A DNA stretch of 64,000 bases, from contig OY970325.1 in NCBI GenBank assembly GCA_963717145.1, positions 4,768,001 through 4,832,000 on the forward strand, given 5' to 3'. A program made the translations under genes and the position numbers. Shown here one piece after another: positions 1 through 9,768 of the stretch (positions within the stretch are counted from its first letter, which is position 1; each line of letters begins with the position of its first letter). A model generated the notes under the pieces. That model searched no databases. It was not told the origin of the DNA and was given only the letters and a program-made list of their open reading frames with translations. This stretch comes from an uncultured Armatimonadetes bacterium (GTDB taxonomy: Bacteria; Armatimonadota; UBA5829; DTJY01).

Positions 1-7
1 AGTAGGG

Positions 8-985
8 ATGGCACCCAAGTTTCTCGATTACGGACCTGGTCCGATGGCACTTGCGGTATATACAGTCAGCCTGACGGGGCTAGTCTATCTGGGCCTCTTC
101 CTTTTTCCCCTGTTAGTTCCAGCGTTTCTCAGCCGCTGGAAGTCCCATCCTTCTGTGCCGAGAGCCATCGGTCTTGCGGTCTTGACGTTCACGATCTATA
201 TGCTGGGTCGCACGTTTGGCTGGATGGGAGGCATGCCACTTAGTCTTCATATCGGGGATATCATGACTCCGTTCGGGATGGGGCCGATGACGCTAAGCGA
301 TGTTGTCGTCATGAAGCTGTTCAGCTTTACGCCTCTCCCCCAGGCATTCTGGTCATCGGTCACACTCGTATCCGTTACCGGCGCGGGCCTGCTGGTGCTT
401 GAGGTTGGTTCAGCTGCGGTGGTGTGTCTTCGAAGGTGCCGGGGCAGCTGCAATCCGGCGAGACCGCTGCAGGCTATGATGCTTACAGGCGCTCTCGCAT
501 CACTCGTACCTATAACCGTGCTGTTTTATTTCGCTTACTTTGACCGTTATTTCCTGGCATTGATTCCGTTTCTCGTCGGTTCAGTTGTGCTGGCCGGACG
601 ACCCTTGATCACAAGAACGCGGATGGTCGTTATTGTTATTGTGCTCCTGCTCGGAGCCGTCTTCAGTGTCTGTGCGACGCACGACTACCTGGCGTGGAAT
701 AGGATGCGGTGGGCCGCCCTCAACCATCTGACCATCGACAAGCGTATCCCAGCCTCCAAGATCGACGGAGGTTATGAATTTAATGGCTTATACAATTACG
801 AGTCCAGGATGGAGCAGGGCATGTGGCATGAGATTGTCGAGGATTACGCGGTGACTTTTGCGCCGATTGATGGTTACGAGATTGTGGAACAACGCTTCTC
901 ACGACGCTGGATGCCCTATGGACCGCAGTGTATCTATGTGCTTAAGGCGTGGGAATACTCGCCAGAATCCCAAACTACCCACTGA
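8..985 (+). CDS. Polytopic membrane protein, probably the C-terminal part of a GT-C (ArnT/PMT-like) glycosyltransferase; likely 5'-truncated by the window edge
   Basis: Multiple hydrophobic segments and FDRY and IDGGYEFNG motifs; ORF begins at the window edge and converges on the next gene with an 11-bp overlap. Confidence 0.5.
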   Translation: MAPKFLDYGPGPMALAVYTVSLTGLVYLGLFLFPLLVPAFLSRWKSHPSVPRAIGLAVLTFTIYMLGRTFGWMGGMPLSLHIGDIMTPFGMGPMTLSDVVVMKLFSFTPLPQAFWSSVTLVSVTGAGLLVLEVGSAAVVCLRRCRGSCNPARPLQAMMLTGALASLVPITVLFYFAYFDRYFLALIPFLVGSVVLAGRPLITRTRMVVIVIVLLLGAVFSVCATHDYLAWNRMRWAALNHLTIDKRIPASKIDGGYEFNGLYNYESRMEQGMWHEIVEDYAVTFAPIDGYEIVEQRFSRRWMPYGPQCIYVLKAWEYSPESQTTH

Positions 986-3515
986 CCTCTTTCGTCGCCT
1001 TTGCGAGGTCGAGGCGGCTGAGGTAGCGGATTCCGGGGACCTGGGAGATCAGGACCGCCGCGAGGATTCCGACGATCGTCCATGCATAGGTCTTCGGCAG
1101 GATGTGCGTCTGCATGTGGAACGACTCGCTGACGTAAAGCTTCACGAACTTGTCGGCGAGCCAGTTTCCGAGCGGAAGTCCGATGATTGTGCCGACGATC
1201 CACGTGCTGAGGTTCTCGATCGTTACCATCAGCGCCACCCGCCGGCCGCTCACTCCGAGCGCGCGCATCGAGGCGATCTCCCTCGTCCGCTCCAGGATGT
1301 TCATCGTCGTGGCGTTGAACACGATGATGATCGCCAGCGCCATCGCAAACCCGAGCATGACGTTGACGAAGGTCGTGAACCCCTTGATCATCTCCTCGAC
1401 CTGCTGCCTGGTGTCCGTCATGTTGATCACGGCGACCACTCCGGGGATGTCGTACAACTGATCGGCGACCCAGTCCGCGTGCCGGATGTCCGTCCGCACC
1501 ATGATCCCGCTGATCGCGTTCGGCGGAAGCTCCATCGGTCGCCCGTAGATGCGCCGCACCTCGTCGATGTTCATGATCGTGGCGTTCCCGATCGGCTGGA
1601 AGAGCGTCCGGACGATTGGGACCTGCTCCTCCATCTCGACCTCCTGCAGGCTCCGGCTCAGGGCGACGACCTCCTTCCGGAAGCGCGCGGGCGGGCGTGG
1701 AAGCACCGCCCCTACGGAGTCCGAGGGCCCGTAGGGGAGGACTTCAACGGCCTCCCGCTCCGTCGGGGATATGTCCGCCAACTCCGGGATCGTGTTCTCC
1801 GGGAGCGTGAGCGTGACCCGGCGGCCCATCGAGAGGCCGAGCGCCTGGATTGTCGGCGTTCCCATCGCGATCCCCTTTCTGGGCACGGAGAACGTGCTGC
1901 CGTCCGGAGCGGTCAGGCTCAACAGGCGGCAGTCGAGCGGGATGCCGTAGATGACGGTCGTCTTCTCCAAGCCGCCGTTCACGAGCTTGACCGGCACCTC
2001 CATGATCGGCTCGGCGCGCTCGACGCCCTTCCAGGTCCGCACCTGGCCGATGACGGACTCGGTCTGTGGGTGAAGGAATCGCGCGAAGACGTCGTACCGC
2101 TGGACCTTGTCGAAGTAGAAGAGCACCGAGTACTGCGACGAGTCGATCAGCCCCGATGAGACGAGGATCAGCGTGATGGCGGAGGCAATTCCGGCGATCG
2201 TGGAGAACGTCCGCTTCGGATTGCGGAACAGGTTGCGGAATGGCAGCCGCCAGGTGTAGGTCAGCTTCCCAATCATCGGGAGCGCCCGCTCGACCATCGG
2301 CACGCGGTGACCGCTCGGGACGTCGGTGCGGATCGCTTCGGCGGGGGTGAGCTTCGCCGCTGAGAAGGCGGGGAGCATCCCTGCGACGAGCGTGACGACG
2401 AGCGCGATCCCGACTCCGAGCGCCATCGGCCCGGGACGCGGATGCATGTCGTAGAATGGCACGTTCACCATCCGCGTATACAGCATCGTGATGTAGATGC
2501 CCATGCGGTACCCCAGGAGACTTCCGATCACCGAGCCCAGGATGCCGATCAGCACCGCGAACCCCATGTAGTGGTGCAGCACGGCGGCCCGGCTGTATCC
2601 GACCGCCCGCATGAACCCGATCTGCGGGCGCTGAGCATAGACCATCCGGCTGAGCAGGTTGTAGACGCTCAACGAGGCGATGCTCAGGAAGAGGATCGGG
2701 AAGAAGATGGCAAGGCTCTTCAGGGCGATGAGGTCCATGTTGAGCATCTCGTAGCCTGCCTGCTTCTCCATCGGAAGCGGATCGTCCGCGCCGTATGACC
2801 TGAGCACCTGGTGGACGGCCTGCATGACGGCCTCCCTCCGGACGCCCGGCCGGATCGTCACCTGCACCTGGTTGATCGCGCCGGATGTGCCGAACAGCCG
2901 ATCGACCATCTCTTTGCGCATGAACATCACGCCGAAGTGCTTCGGGCTGGGCATCGGCTGGTCGCGGCTTCTGAGGACCACGATGTATTCCGGCGACTTG
3001 ATGATCCCTGCGATCCGGAACCTGATCTCATCGCCGCCGACGACCGGGTACATGAAGTCGCCCGGCTCGTAGTTGTTCCGCCTTGCGAACCCGGATTCGA
3101 GGAGCAGCTCGCGCTTGTTTCCGGCGGAGGGCATCTTACCTCGAATGATCTGAAGTTGGTTCACCGCCGGGAGACTCTTGTCGGGGATCGAGATGATCCG
3201 CCCGCTCACGCGCTTGGGCACTATATTCTTCTGCTCGGCTTCGAGGTCTTCGATCAGTCGCCCCTCGGCCTGCATGACTCCCGGGATGCGGAGGACCCGA
3301 TCGACGACCTGCTCCGGCGCGGACTGGGTATCGATGGTGAAGTCCGCCATGTGGAGCTTCCGGTACGACAGGTTGTACGACCTGTCGAGGTTCAGATAGG
3401 CGAGATATGTGGCGTCGAAGAGCGCGATCCCGGCTGCGACCATCAGCACGACGCCGATGAACAGCCAGGGCGAGAATCGTATGTCACGGATCAGTTTGAG
3501 GTTGATCTTCAGCAT
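975..3515 (-). CDS. FtsX/MacB-like ABC transporter permease with two periplasmic domains
   Basis: Duplicated permease motifs QIGFMRAVG and EIASMRALG; adjacent to an ABC ATPase and a periplasmic adaptor. Confidence 0.9.
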   Translation of the reverse strand: MLKINLKLIRDIRFSPWLFIGVVLMVAAGIALFDATYLAYLNLDRSYNLSYRKLHMADFTIDTQSAPEQVVDRVLRIPGVMQAEGRLIEDLEAEQKNIVPKRVSGRIISIPDKSLPAVNQLQIIRGKMPSAGNKRELLLESGFARRNNYEPGDFMYPVVGGDEIRFRIAGIIKSPEYIVVLRSRDQPMPSPKHFGVMFMRKEMVDRLFGTSGAINQVQVTIRPGVRREAVMQAVHQVLRSYGADDPLPMEKQAGYEMLNMDLIALKSLAIFFPILFLSIASLSVYNLLSRMVYAQRPQIGFMRAVGYSRAAVLHHYMGFAVLIGILGSVIGSLLGYRMGIYITMLYTRMVNVPFYDMHPRPGPMALGVGIALVVTLVAGMLPAFSAAKLTPAEAIRTDVPSGHRVPMVERALPMIGKLTYTWRLPFRNLFRNPKRTFSTIAGIASAITLILVSSGLIDSSQYSVLFYFDKVQRYDVFARFLHPQTESVIGQVRTWKGVERAEPIMEVPVKLVNGGLEKTTVIYGIPLDCRLLSLTAPDGSTFSVPRKGIAMGTPTIQALGLSMGRRVTLTLPENTIPELADISPTEREAVEVLPYGPSDSVGAVLPRPPARFRKEVVALSRSLQEVEMEEQVPIVRTLFQPIGNATIMNIDEVRRIYGRPMELPPNAISGIMVRTDIRHADWVADQLYDIPGVVAVINMTDTRQQVEEMIKGFTTFVNVMLGFAMALAIIIVFNATTMNILERTREIASMRALGVSGRRVALMVTIENLSTWIVGTIIGLPLGNWLADKFVKLYVSESFHMQTHILPKTYAWTIVGILAAVLISQVPGIRYLSRLDLAKATKEVSG
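1689..1756. repeat. GTAG-type REP doublet lying in frame inside the permease CDS
   Basis: Minus strand GTAGGGGCGGTGCTTCCACGCCCGCCC (1715-1689) and plus strand GTAGGGGAGGACTTCAACGGCCTCCC (1731-1756); each is GTAG plus a GC hairpin. Confidence 0.65.
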
Positions 3516-3538
3516 CTGAGTCGAAAGCACCGCAATGT

Positions 3539-3608
3539 GTAGGGAACGGTCGCCGTCCCGTTCCGCCGGTGAACGCTATCACGGAACGGGACGGCGACCG
3601 TTCCCTAC
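3539..3608. repeat. GTAG-type REP inverted doublet (REPIN-like)
   Basis: 27-bp perfect arms GTAGGGAACGGTCGCCGTCCCGTTCCG / CGGAACGGGACGGCGACCGTTCCCTAC; its GTAG supplies the TAG stop of the ATPase. Confidence 0.85.
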
Positions 3609-4315
3609 CATCTCAAGCTCTCCGGGTCGAGCGGCTCGGCGTTCTCCTCGACGGAGACGACCTCGCCGCTACGGAGGCGCACAGTCCGGTCCGCAAGCTC
3701 ACCGATCGCCGAGTTGTGCGTCACCAAGACGATCGTGATATCCCTCGCCCGGTTCACGTTCCGCATCAGCTTCAGGATCAGTTTCGCAGTCTCGTAGTCG
3801 AGGTTTCCGGTCGGCTCGTCGGCCAGGAGCAGTGTGGGATTCTTCACGAGCGCGCGGGCGATCGCGACCCTCTGCTGTTCGCCGCCCGACAGCTCGGACG
3901 GGAAGTGGTCAGCTCGCTCACCGAGGCCGACCTCGGCCAGCACCTCCATCACATCAGCCGGGCTGTCGACCAACTCGGCGACGAACTCGACGTTCTCGCG
4001 CGCGGTGAGCGTCGAGATGAGGTTGAAGAACTGGAAGACGAATCCGACGCTTCTGCGGCGGTACTCGGTGATCTCAGCCTCGGCCATGTGGGTGATGTCT
4101 CGGCCATCGAAGTAGATCTTGCCGGACGTGGGGCGGTCGATCCCGCCGATGAGGTTGAGCAGCGTCGTCTTACCCGAGCCGCTCGGGCCGAGCATCACGA
4201 GGAACTCGCCCGGCCTGATCGCGAGGTCCGTCGGCTTGAGCGCGGGCACGGTGACCTCGCCCATGAGGTAGGTCTTCTCCGCTCCCTCCAGGCGTATCAG
4301 ATCAGCGGGATTCAC
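3605..4315 (-). CDS. ABC transporter ATP-binding protein (LolD/MacB-like)
   Basis: Walker A GPSGSGKT, signature LSGGEQQR, Walker [14 protein letters not shown]-loop VTHN. Confidence 0.95.
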   Translation of the reverse strand: MNPADLIRLEGAEKTYLMGEVTVPALKPTDLAIRPGEFLVMLGPSGSGKTTLLNLIGGIDRPTSGKIYFDGRDITHMAEAEITEYRRRSVGFVFQFFNLISTLTARENVEFVAELVDSPADVMEVLAEVGLGERADHFPSELSGGEQQRVAIARALVKNPTLLLADEPTGNLDYETAKLILKLMRNVNRARDITIVLVTHNSAIGELADRTVRLRSGEVVSVEENAEPLDPESLRW

Positions 4316-5729
4316 CGGTCGCCCTCACGATCTTGACCCGCATGCCGTCCTCCATGCGGTCGGGCATCGAGACGGCGACGACATCCCTGGGCTCGAGTCC
4401 GCTCAGCACGGCGGTCTGCTCGTAGTTCGATGGGCCGGTTGTGATGAACTGGTGATGCACCCGCCCGCCGCGGATGAGGTAGACCTGCTGCCGGTCGCCG
4501 ACCTGGATGAGCGCCTCGTTCGGCACGAGGACCAGATCGCTCCCGATCTTCTTCCGTCCGGTGATATCGACCTCCATGCCCGGTTTGAGCGGGAATGAGC
4601 TGGACTCCACCTCGATCTTCGCGCGCACGATCTTGGCGCGGACTCGGCCGACCGCCTTCGGTTCGGCGATCGGCGACACCTGGATGATCCGTCCCTTCGC
4701 GGACCGGCCCGGATACGCGTCGGTCGTGATCCCGACCTTCTGGGCCATGTCGAGGGATGCCAGGTCCTCCTGGTCGACCTCGGCGGTCACCCACGTCTTC
4801 TGGATCGGCGACAGCGTGAAGATCGGGTTCTGCGGGCCGGCGACCTCTCCGACCTCCATGTGCTTCCGCGCAACGACGCCGTTGAACGGGCTGCGGACGA
4901 CGGCGTAATCGAGTTGAGACTGAGCGGCCCGGAGTCCGGCGGCGGCCCGAGCGACCTGCGCCGACGCGGTGTCCGCCTGACGTTCGGTTACCCGCACGCC
5001 ATCCTTCGATGCGAGCGCTTCATTCACAGCGGCCTTCGATTCGGCCAACTGCGCCTTCGCGGCCCTGACGGCGTCGGGTCGGGCGCCTTCTCTGAGGAGT
5101 GCGAGCTGTGCCTGAGCGGTCCGGTACGCGGCGGTGGCGGAATCCGATGTCGCCTTCGCGGCGTCGCGCTGCTGAGCCGGGATCGCGCCCTTTGCGAGCA
5201 ACTTCTCGGCGCGTTCGAGGTCGGATCTGGCGCGTTCCATCTGGGCGCGTGCCTGCTCGGCGTTCTGCTCAGCCTGCTCGATCTCCTGCGATCGCGCGCC
5301 GCTCTGCAGGTTGGCGAGTTGAGCCTCCGAAGCGCTCACTCCGGCCTCGGCTCTCTTGATCGATGCGGCGCTCTGCTTGCGTTGAGCCGTGACAGAGGCC
5401 TGCGCGCGTGAGAAGTCGGCCTCGGACGCCGATACGGCGGCTCGGGCCTCGTCGACCTGCGAGCTGAGGTTGGCGTTGTCCAGGAGTGCGATCGTCTGGC
5501 CGGCGGATACCATGTCGCCCTCCCGGACGGTCAGCGACTTGATCCGGCCGACCATCCTCGGTGCGAGGTCCACGAGGTCGGCCTCGACGACGCCGGTCGT
5601 CGAAAGCTCCGTCTCGAGGTTGGCGCGGGTGACCTCGGCGACCTCCACCTTCGGCAGCCTTGGCATCAGAAGGTAAGTGACCGCGCCAATGACCAATATG
5701 ATTGCTATCCAGGTTTTCGGGTTGCGCAT
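4302..5729 (-). CDS. HlyD/MacA-family periplasmic adaptor subunit
   Basis: N-terminal TM, lipoyl halves (VREGDMVSAGQ; VRSPFNGVV), long coiled coil. Confidence 0.9.
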   Translation of the reverse strand: MRNPKTWIAIILVIGAVTYLLMPRLPKVEVAEVTRANLETELSTTGVVEADLVDLAPRMVGRIKSLTVREGDMVSAGQTIALLDNANLSSQVDEARAAVSASEADFSRAQASVTAQRKQSAASIKRAEAGVSASEAQLANLQSGARSQEIEQAEQNAEQARAQMERARSDLERAEKLLAKGAIPAQQRDAAKATSDSATAAYRTAQAQLALLREGARPDAVRAAKAQLAESKAAVNEALASKDGVRVTERQADTASAQVARAAAGLRAAQSQLDYAVVRSPFNGVVARKHMEVGEVAGPQNPIFTLSPIQKTWVTAEVDQEDLASLDMAQKVGITTDAYPGRSAKGRIIQVSPIAEPKAVGRVRAKIVRAKIEVESSSFPLKPGMEVDITGRKKIGSDLVLVPNEALIQVGDRQQVYLIRGGRVHHQFITTGPSNYEQTAVLSGLEPRDVVAVSMPDRMEDGMRVKIVRATGESR

Positions 5730-5740
5730 ATTCAGTCTCT

Positions 5741-5827
5741 CGTAGTGGCCGTGCCTCCGTGCCGGCCTTCCGGGTCAGGCGAGTAAGGTCGGAAAGGGAA
5801 GGCCGGCACGGAGGCACGGCCACTACG
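5741..5827. repeat. GTAG-type REP inverted doublet
   Basis: 31-bp perfect arms CGTAGTGGCCGTGCCTCCGTGCCGGCCTTCC / GGAAGGCCGGCACGGAGGCACGGCCACTACG; supplies the TAG stop of the permease at 5823-5825. Confidence 0.85.
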
Positions 5828-6896
5828 ACGCTCTCCTTAACAGATACAGAAAGAACGGTGCGCCGAGCAGGGCGGTGATGATCCCCACCGGGATCTCACC
5901 CGGGGCCATCACCGTGCGCGCGACCGTGTCCGCCGCGATCATCATCAGAGCGCCGAGCAGGGCCGAGCATGGAATCAGTATCCGATGATCCGGCCCGACG
6001 AGCCGACGCGTGATGTGCGGCACCATCAATCCTACGAATCCGATTGTTCCGCTAACGGATACCGCCGCCGCCGTGAGAAGCGCTGTTGCGGCGATCAGCT
6101 TCCTCTTCAGCGACTCGGTCTCGATCCCGAGATGCCTCGCCGATTCCTCACCGAGCGCGAACAGGTTCAGGTCGCGGGCGTAGGCATACAACACGAACGA
6201 GCCCACGACCGTGAATGGAAGGATCACCAAGACTCGCTGCCAGGGATCCGATCCGGCGAAACTGCCCATCGTCCAGAAGACGATCGTCTCCAGGTTCTCG
6301 CTGGAAAACGTCATCAGGAATGTCAGCACCGCCCACATGAACGAGCCGACCACAACTCCGGCGAGCAGGAACGAGAGCACGGAGACCTTGCCGGCTCTCA
6401 TCGCCAGACCGTAGACGATGCCGACCGCGATCAGCGCGAAAAAGAACGCCAGAACAGGGATGCCGAAGCCCATCATCCAGCCCTGAATCCCCAGGATCAC
6501 TCCGATGCCCGCGCCGACCGCCGCGCCCGACGAGACCCCTATCATGTATGGGTCCGCGAGCGGATTCAGCAGCAGGCCCTGGAGCGACGCTCCGGCCACC
6601 GCGAGCGACAGCCCGACGAGCGCGGCCAGAAGCGTCCGTGGGACGTGGAACTGCCAGACGATCGAGTCTACTCCCTCGGGCAGGCGGAAATGCACGGCTT
6701 TGCCTATGATCGGAAGATGATTGACGACGGTCTTTGCCACATCGGCCAACGGGACATTGACGGCTCCCAATCCGGCGCTGACGATGACGGCCGCGACCAG
6801 CAGCACCAGCAGGATCGCCGATGCGCGCAGGAGTCTCGCCGTCAGATTGAGCCTGACCTGGGGTATGTGCGCCGTTTCAGAGTTTGCCGAAGACAT
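5823..6896 (-). CDS. FecCD/BtuC-family ABC permease (cobalamin or iron chelate)
   Basis: NPLADPYMIGVSSGA, GEESARHLG, IGFVGLMVPH, GEIPVGIITALLGAPFFLYLL. Confidence 0.93.
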   Translation of the reverse strand: MSSANSETAHIPQVRLNLTARLLRASAILLVLLVAAVIVSAGLGAVNVPLADVAKTVVNHLPIIGKAVHFRLPEGVDSIVWQFHVPRTLLAALVGLSLAVAGASLQGLLLNPLADPYMIGVSSGAAVGAGIGVILGIQGWMMGFGIPVLAFFFALIAVGIVYGLAMRAGKVSVLSFLLAGVVVGSFMWAVLTFLMTFSSENLETIVFWTMGSFAGSDPWQRVLVILPFTVVGSFVLYAYARDLNLFALGEESARHLGIETESLKRKLIAATALLTAAAVSVSGTIGFVGLMVPHITRRLVGPDHRILIPCSALLGALMMIAADTVARTVMAPGEIPVGIITALLGAPFFLYLLRRAS

Positions 6897-7758
6897 CGGG
6901 ATGGATCAGTCTCGCGATCGCTTTCAGGCCGTCGGTCAGTCGCGGACCGGGCCGGACGAGGAGATCAGGATCGACCGCGTGCACTCGCTTCTTCTTTGCG
7001 GCGCTCGTGCCGGCCCAGAGCCCCTTGGAGAAAACTTTGCTGTCGCCGGCTGTAGTATATATGATAACGTCCGGCTTGCGCCAGACCGCCGCTTCGGCGG
7101 AGAACTGATTGAAGCCCGTTTTCGCGTCCGAGGCGAGGTTCGTCCCGCCGGAGAGCCGGATCATCTCATCGATGAAGGTCTTCGGGCCGGCCGCCCAGAG
7201 CGGGTCGCCCTGGACCGCGACCAGCACCTTCGGCTTGGCCTTGATGCCGGCGGATTTCTTCTTGATCAGCGAGATCGTCGATTTCATGTTCGTGACGATC
7301 TTCACCGCCTGCTTCTCGCGGTTGGTCATCAGCCCGATCGTCCTGATGTCGCGCATCGCTTCGTCGAGAGTCTTCGGATCGAATGCGACCACGACGATCT
7401 TGTGCTTCTCGAGCGACCGGACCGCCTCGTCGTTCAGGAATCCGTGCGCCAGCACGAGGTCCGGCTTGAGGGAAACTACCTTCTCGACGCTCGTCGTCAG
7501 GTCGCCGACCTGAGTCTTCTTCTTCGCGGCGGCGGGGTAGTTGCAGAACTTCGTCACGCCGATGATCTGCTTGTCGAGCCCGAGCGCGAAGAGGATCTCC
7601 GTGTTGCTCGGCGCGATCGACACGATCCGCTTCGGCTCGCGGACGATCTTGATCGCCTTCCCCCGGCAGTCCTTCACGGTCACCGGGTACTTCGTCGCCC
7701 CCGCGACACACGGCAGCAGAAACAGGGTCAGGAATATGGTAGCCAATCTTCTTATCAT
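6877..7758 (-). CDS. BtuF-like periplasmic cobalamin/Fe-siderophore binding protein
   Basis: Signal peptide, PKRIVSIAPSNTEILFALG, RPGPRL; start placed at MIRRL. Confidence 0.88.
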   Translation of the reverse strand: MIRRLATIFLTLFLLPCVAGATKYPVTVKDCRGKAIKIVREPKRIVSIAPSNTEILFALGLDKQIIGVTKFCNYPAAAKKKTQVGDLTTSVEKVVSLKPDLVLAHGFLNDEAVRSLEKHKIVVVAFDPKTLDEAMRDIRTIGLMTNREKQAVKIVTNMKSTISLIKKKSAGIKAKPKVLVAVQGDPLWAAGPKTFIDEMIRLSGGTNLASDAKTGFNQFSAEAAVWRKPDVIIYTTAGDSKVFSKGLWAGTSAAKKKRVHAVDPDLLVRPGPRLTDGLKAIARLIHPDVFGKL

Positions 7759-7774
7759 AAGTCTCATTTCTGTG

Positions 7775-7877
7775 GAACACAGATGACACGGACGGGAAGG
7801 GATGATGGGGATGGTCTCAGATTGACCAAATCCCATTCAATCCATTCCATCGTCTGCAATCTGTTTTATCTGTGTTC
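7775..7877. repeat. Gene-less palindromic element of the ACACAGA type
   Basis: GAACACAGAT...ATCTGTGTTC termini with internal ACGGA/ACAGAT iterations; resembles the GxxExxY flanks. Confidence 0.6.
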
Positions 7878-7886
7878 TGACAGGGT

Positions 7887-8612
7887 CTACGATGCCATCG
7901 AGAGCAGCTCCTCGACCTCTTCGGGCTTGAGGAAGCGCCACTCGCCGGGACGCAGGTCGCCGACGGTCAGGTTGCCCAGCTTGATCCGGGTCAATCGTAT
8001 CACGGGATGGCCGACTGTGTCGAGCATTCGGCGGATCTGACGCTTCCGACCCTCGTGGATCGTCAGCTCGATGACGCTCGTCTCCCTGAGAGTGTTCACC
8101 CCGATCAGCCGCACTTTCGCCGGCGCCGTGATGCCGTCGTCGAGGACAACTCCGGTCGCGAGGTGGTGAGCCGTCTGCTCGGCCACCAGACCCCGCACGT
8201 CCGCGCGGTAAGTCTTCGGCACCTGGTGGCTCGGGTGGGTCATCTTGTAGGTGAAATCGCCGTCGTTCGTGAGGATGAGAAGGCCCTCGGTGTCCACATC
8301 GAGCCGGCCGACGGGGTAGAGCGAGGCGCCGATATCCTTCACCAAGTCGACGATCACGCGCTTGGCATGGGGGTCCTGAGTGGTGCTGGTGTATCCTCTC
8401 GGCTTGTTCAGGAGGACGTAGACCTTCTCCGGATGCAGGGCGATGGGCTTGCCGTCAACGGATAGGGTTACCTCGTCCGGATCGACCTTCGTCCAGAGTT
8501 CAGTGACCACCTGCCCGTCGACCGCGACGCGTCCCGCCCTGATCAGTTCCTCAGCTTCCCGCCGCGACGCGACGCCTGCGGCGGCGAGCAACTTTTGCAA
8601 CCGCTGTTCCAT
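7887..8612 (-). CDS. rluB: rRNA pseudouridine synthase (RluB/RsuA family)
   Basis: S4 domain RLQKLLAAAGVASRR, catalytic VGRLDVDTEGLL, EGRKRQIRRM; downstream of scpAB-dacB. Confidence 0.9.
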   Translation of the reverse strand: MEQRLQKLLAAAGVASRREAEELIRAGRVAVDGQVVTELWTKVDPDEVTLSVDGKPIALHPEKVYVLLNKPRGYTSTTQDPHAKRVIVDLVKDIGASLYPVGRLDVDTEGLLILTNDGDFTYKMTHPSHQVPKTYRADVRGLVAEQTAHHLATGVVLDDGITAPAKVRLIGVNTLRETSVIELTIHEGRKRQIRRMLDTVGHPVIRLTRIKLGNLTVGDLRPGEWRFLKPEEVEELLSMAS

Positions 8613-9768
8613 AAGACAGAAATGCCGCCAATCCGAGTGCCGACACGGCCAGGAAATTCCGAGTCCATACCCACAGGCCGAAGGCGAATGTCCGTTTCAC
8701 GCCGGACGCCGCAACCAGCGGAACGGATCCGAGCTTCTCGCCGTTGATATACCCGACCAGCGCGCAAACCCTCTCGCCATCCTGCACGGGAGCGGTGATA
8801 CGAGACCCATCGATCTCATACTTCGTCTCCACGCGGGCAGTGCTTCTAACGATCTTCCCGAGGCTTTGCGTCGGAATCAGGTCCACGCTGCGCTCGACTC
8901 CGCCGCGGACCGGCAGCCTGGTCGCCACCATTCCCTTGTGGGCAAAGCAGACGAGCTTGTAGTTCGTGAAGCCATGATCGAGCAGCGCGGTGCTGTCGTC
9001 CATCGTCTTCGCACTCTTGAGGACGACGCTGATCAGTCGCCAGCCGTTCCTGGTGGCCGATCCCACGAAACAGTGGCCGGCCTCCTTCGTGTAGCCGGTC
9101 TTGATGCCGTCCGCCCCGTCGAACTTCCAGAGCAGCCTGCCCGTGTTCTTGAGAGTGACGTCGAGCGTGCTGATCGATCGCGTGATCCGGTAATGCTTCG
9201 TGCCGACGATCTCGTTGAACTCGGGCATGGCCGCAGCATATCGAGCGATCAGCGCGAGGTCATAGGCGGTGGAATAGTGCTTCGGGTCGTGAAGCCCGTG
9301 CGGATTGACGAAATGAGTGTCCTTCGCGCCGATCTCCTTCGCCTTCTCGTTCATCATGGCGACGAACTTCGGCTCGGCGCCGGCGATGTGCTCCGCGATG
9401 CAGACCGCCGCGTCGTTTGCAGATCGCATCAGGAGCGCGTAGAGCATGTCCCTGAGCGTGATCTTCTCGCCCGGCTTGACGTGCAGCGAACCGAAAGGAG
9501 TCTTGGAGGCACAGGCCGAAGCGGTCAGCACCTCGTCGAGGTTGCCGTGCTCGAGAGCGAGGATGGCGGTCATCATCTTGGTCGTGCTGGCCGGCGGACG
9601 GCGCGCGTGACACGCCTTCTGGGAAAGGACCGTGCCGGTGGTCGCGTCGACGAGGATCGCGGATTCGGCCGTGACCTCAGGCGGCGCCAGAGCATCTGAC
9701 GCATATGCGCCGAATGAGATCAGAAGCGCGCACAGAAAGAGTGTCGCGAGCCTTGCTATTCTGATAAT
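8551..9768 (-). CDS. D-alanyl-D-alanine carboxypeptidase (peptidase S11, DacB/DacF-like); probable non-canonical ATT start
   Basis: SxxK (ASTTK), SAN and KTG motifs; signal peptide and C-terminal TM; GGAGG 7 nt before ATT. Confidence 0.88.
   Translation of the reverse strand: MIRIARLATLFLCALLISFGAYASDALAPPEVTAESAILVDATTGTVLSQKACHARRPPASTTKMMTAILALEHGNLDEVLTASACASKTPFGSLHVKPGEKITLRDMLYALLMRSANDAAVCIAEHIAGAEPKFVAMMNEKAKEIGAKDTHFVNPHGLHDPKHYSTAYDLALIARYAAAMPEFNEIVGTKHYRITRSISTLDVTLKNTGRLLWKFDGADGIKTGYTKEAGHCFVGSATRNGWRLISVVLKSAKTMDDSTALLDHGFTNYKLVCFAHKGMVATRLPVRGGVERSVDLIPTQSLGKIVRSTARVETKYEIDGSRITAPVQDGERVCALVGYINGEKLGSVPLVAASGVKRTFAFGLWVWTRNFLAVSALGLAAFLSYGTAVAKVARRRRRRVAAGS

Noticed and set aside
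7759-7886. Cobalamin riboswitch upstream of the BtuF-like gene
   Set aside because: No B12-box recognised; the space is occupied by an ACACAGAT-type palindrome
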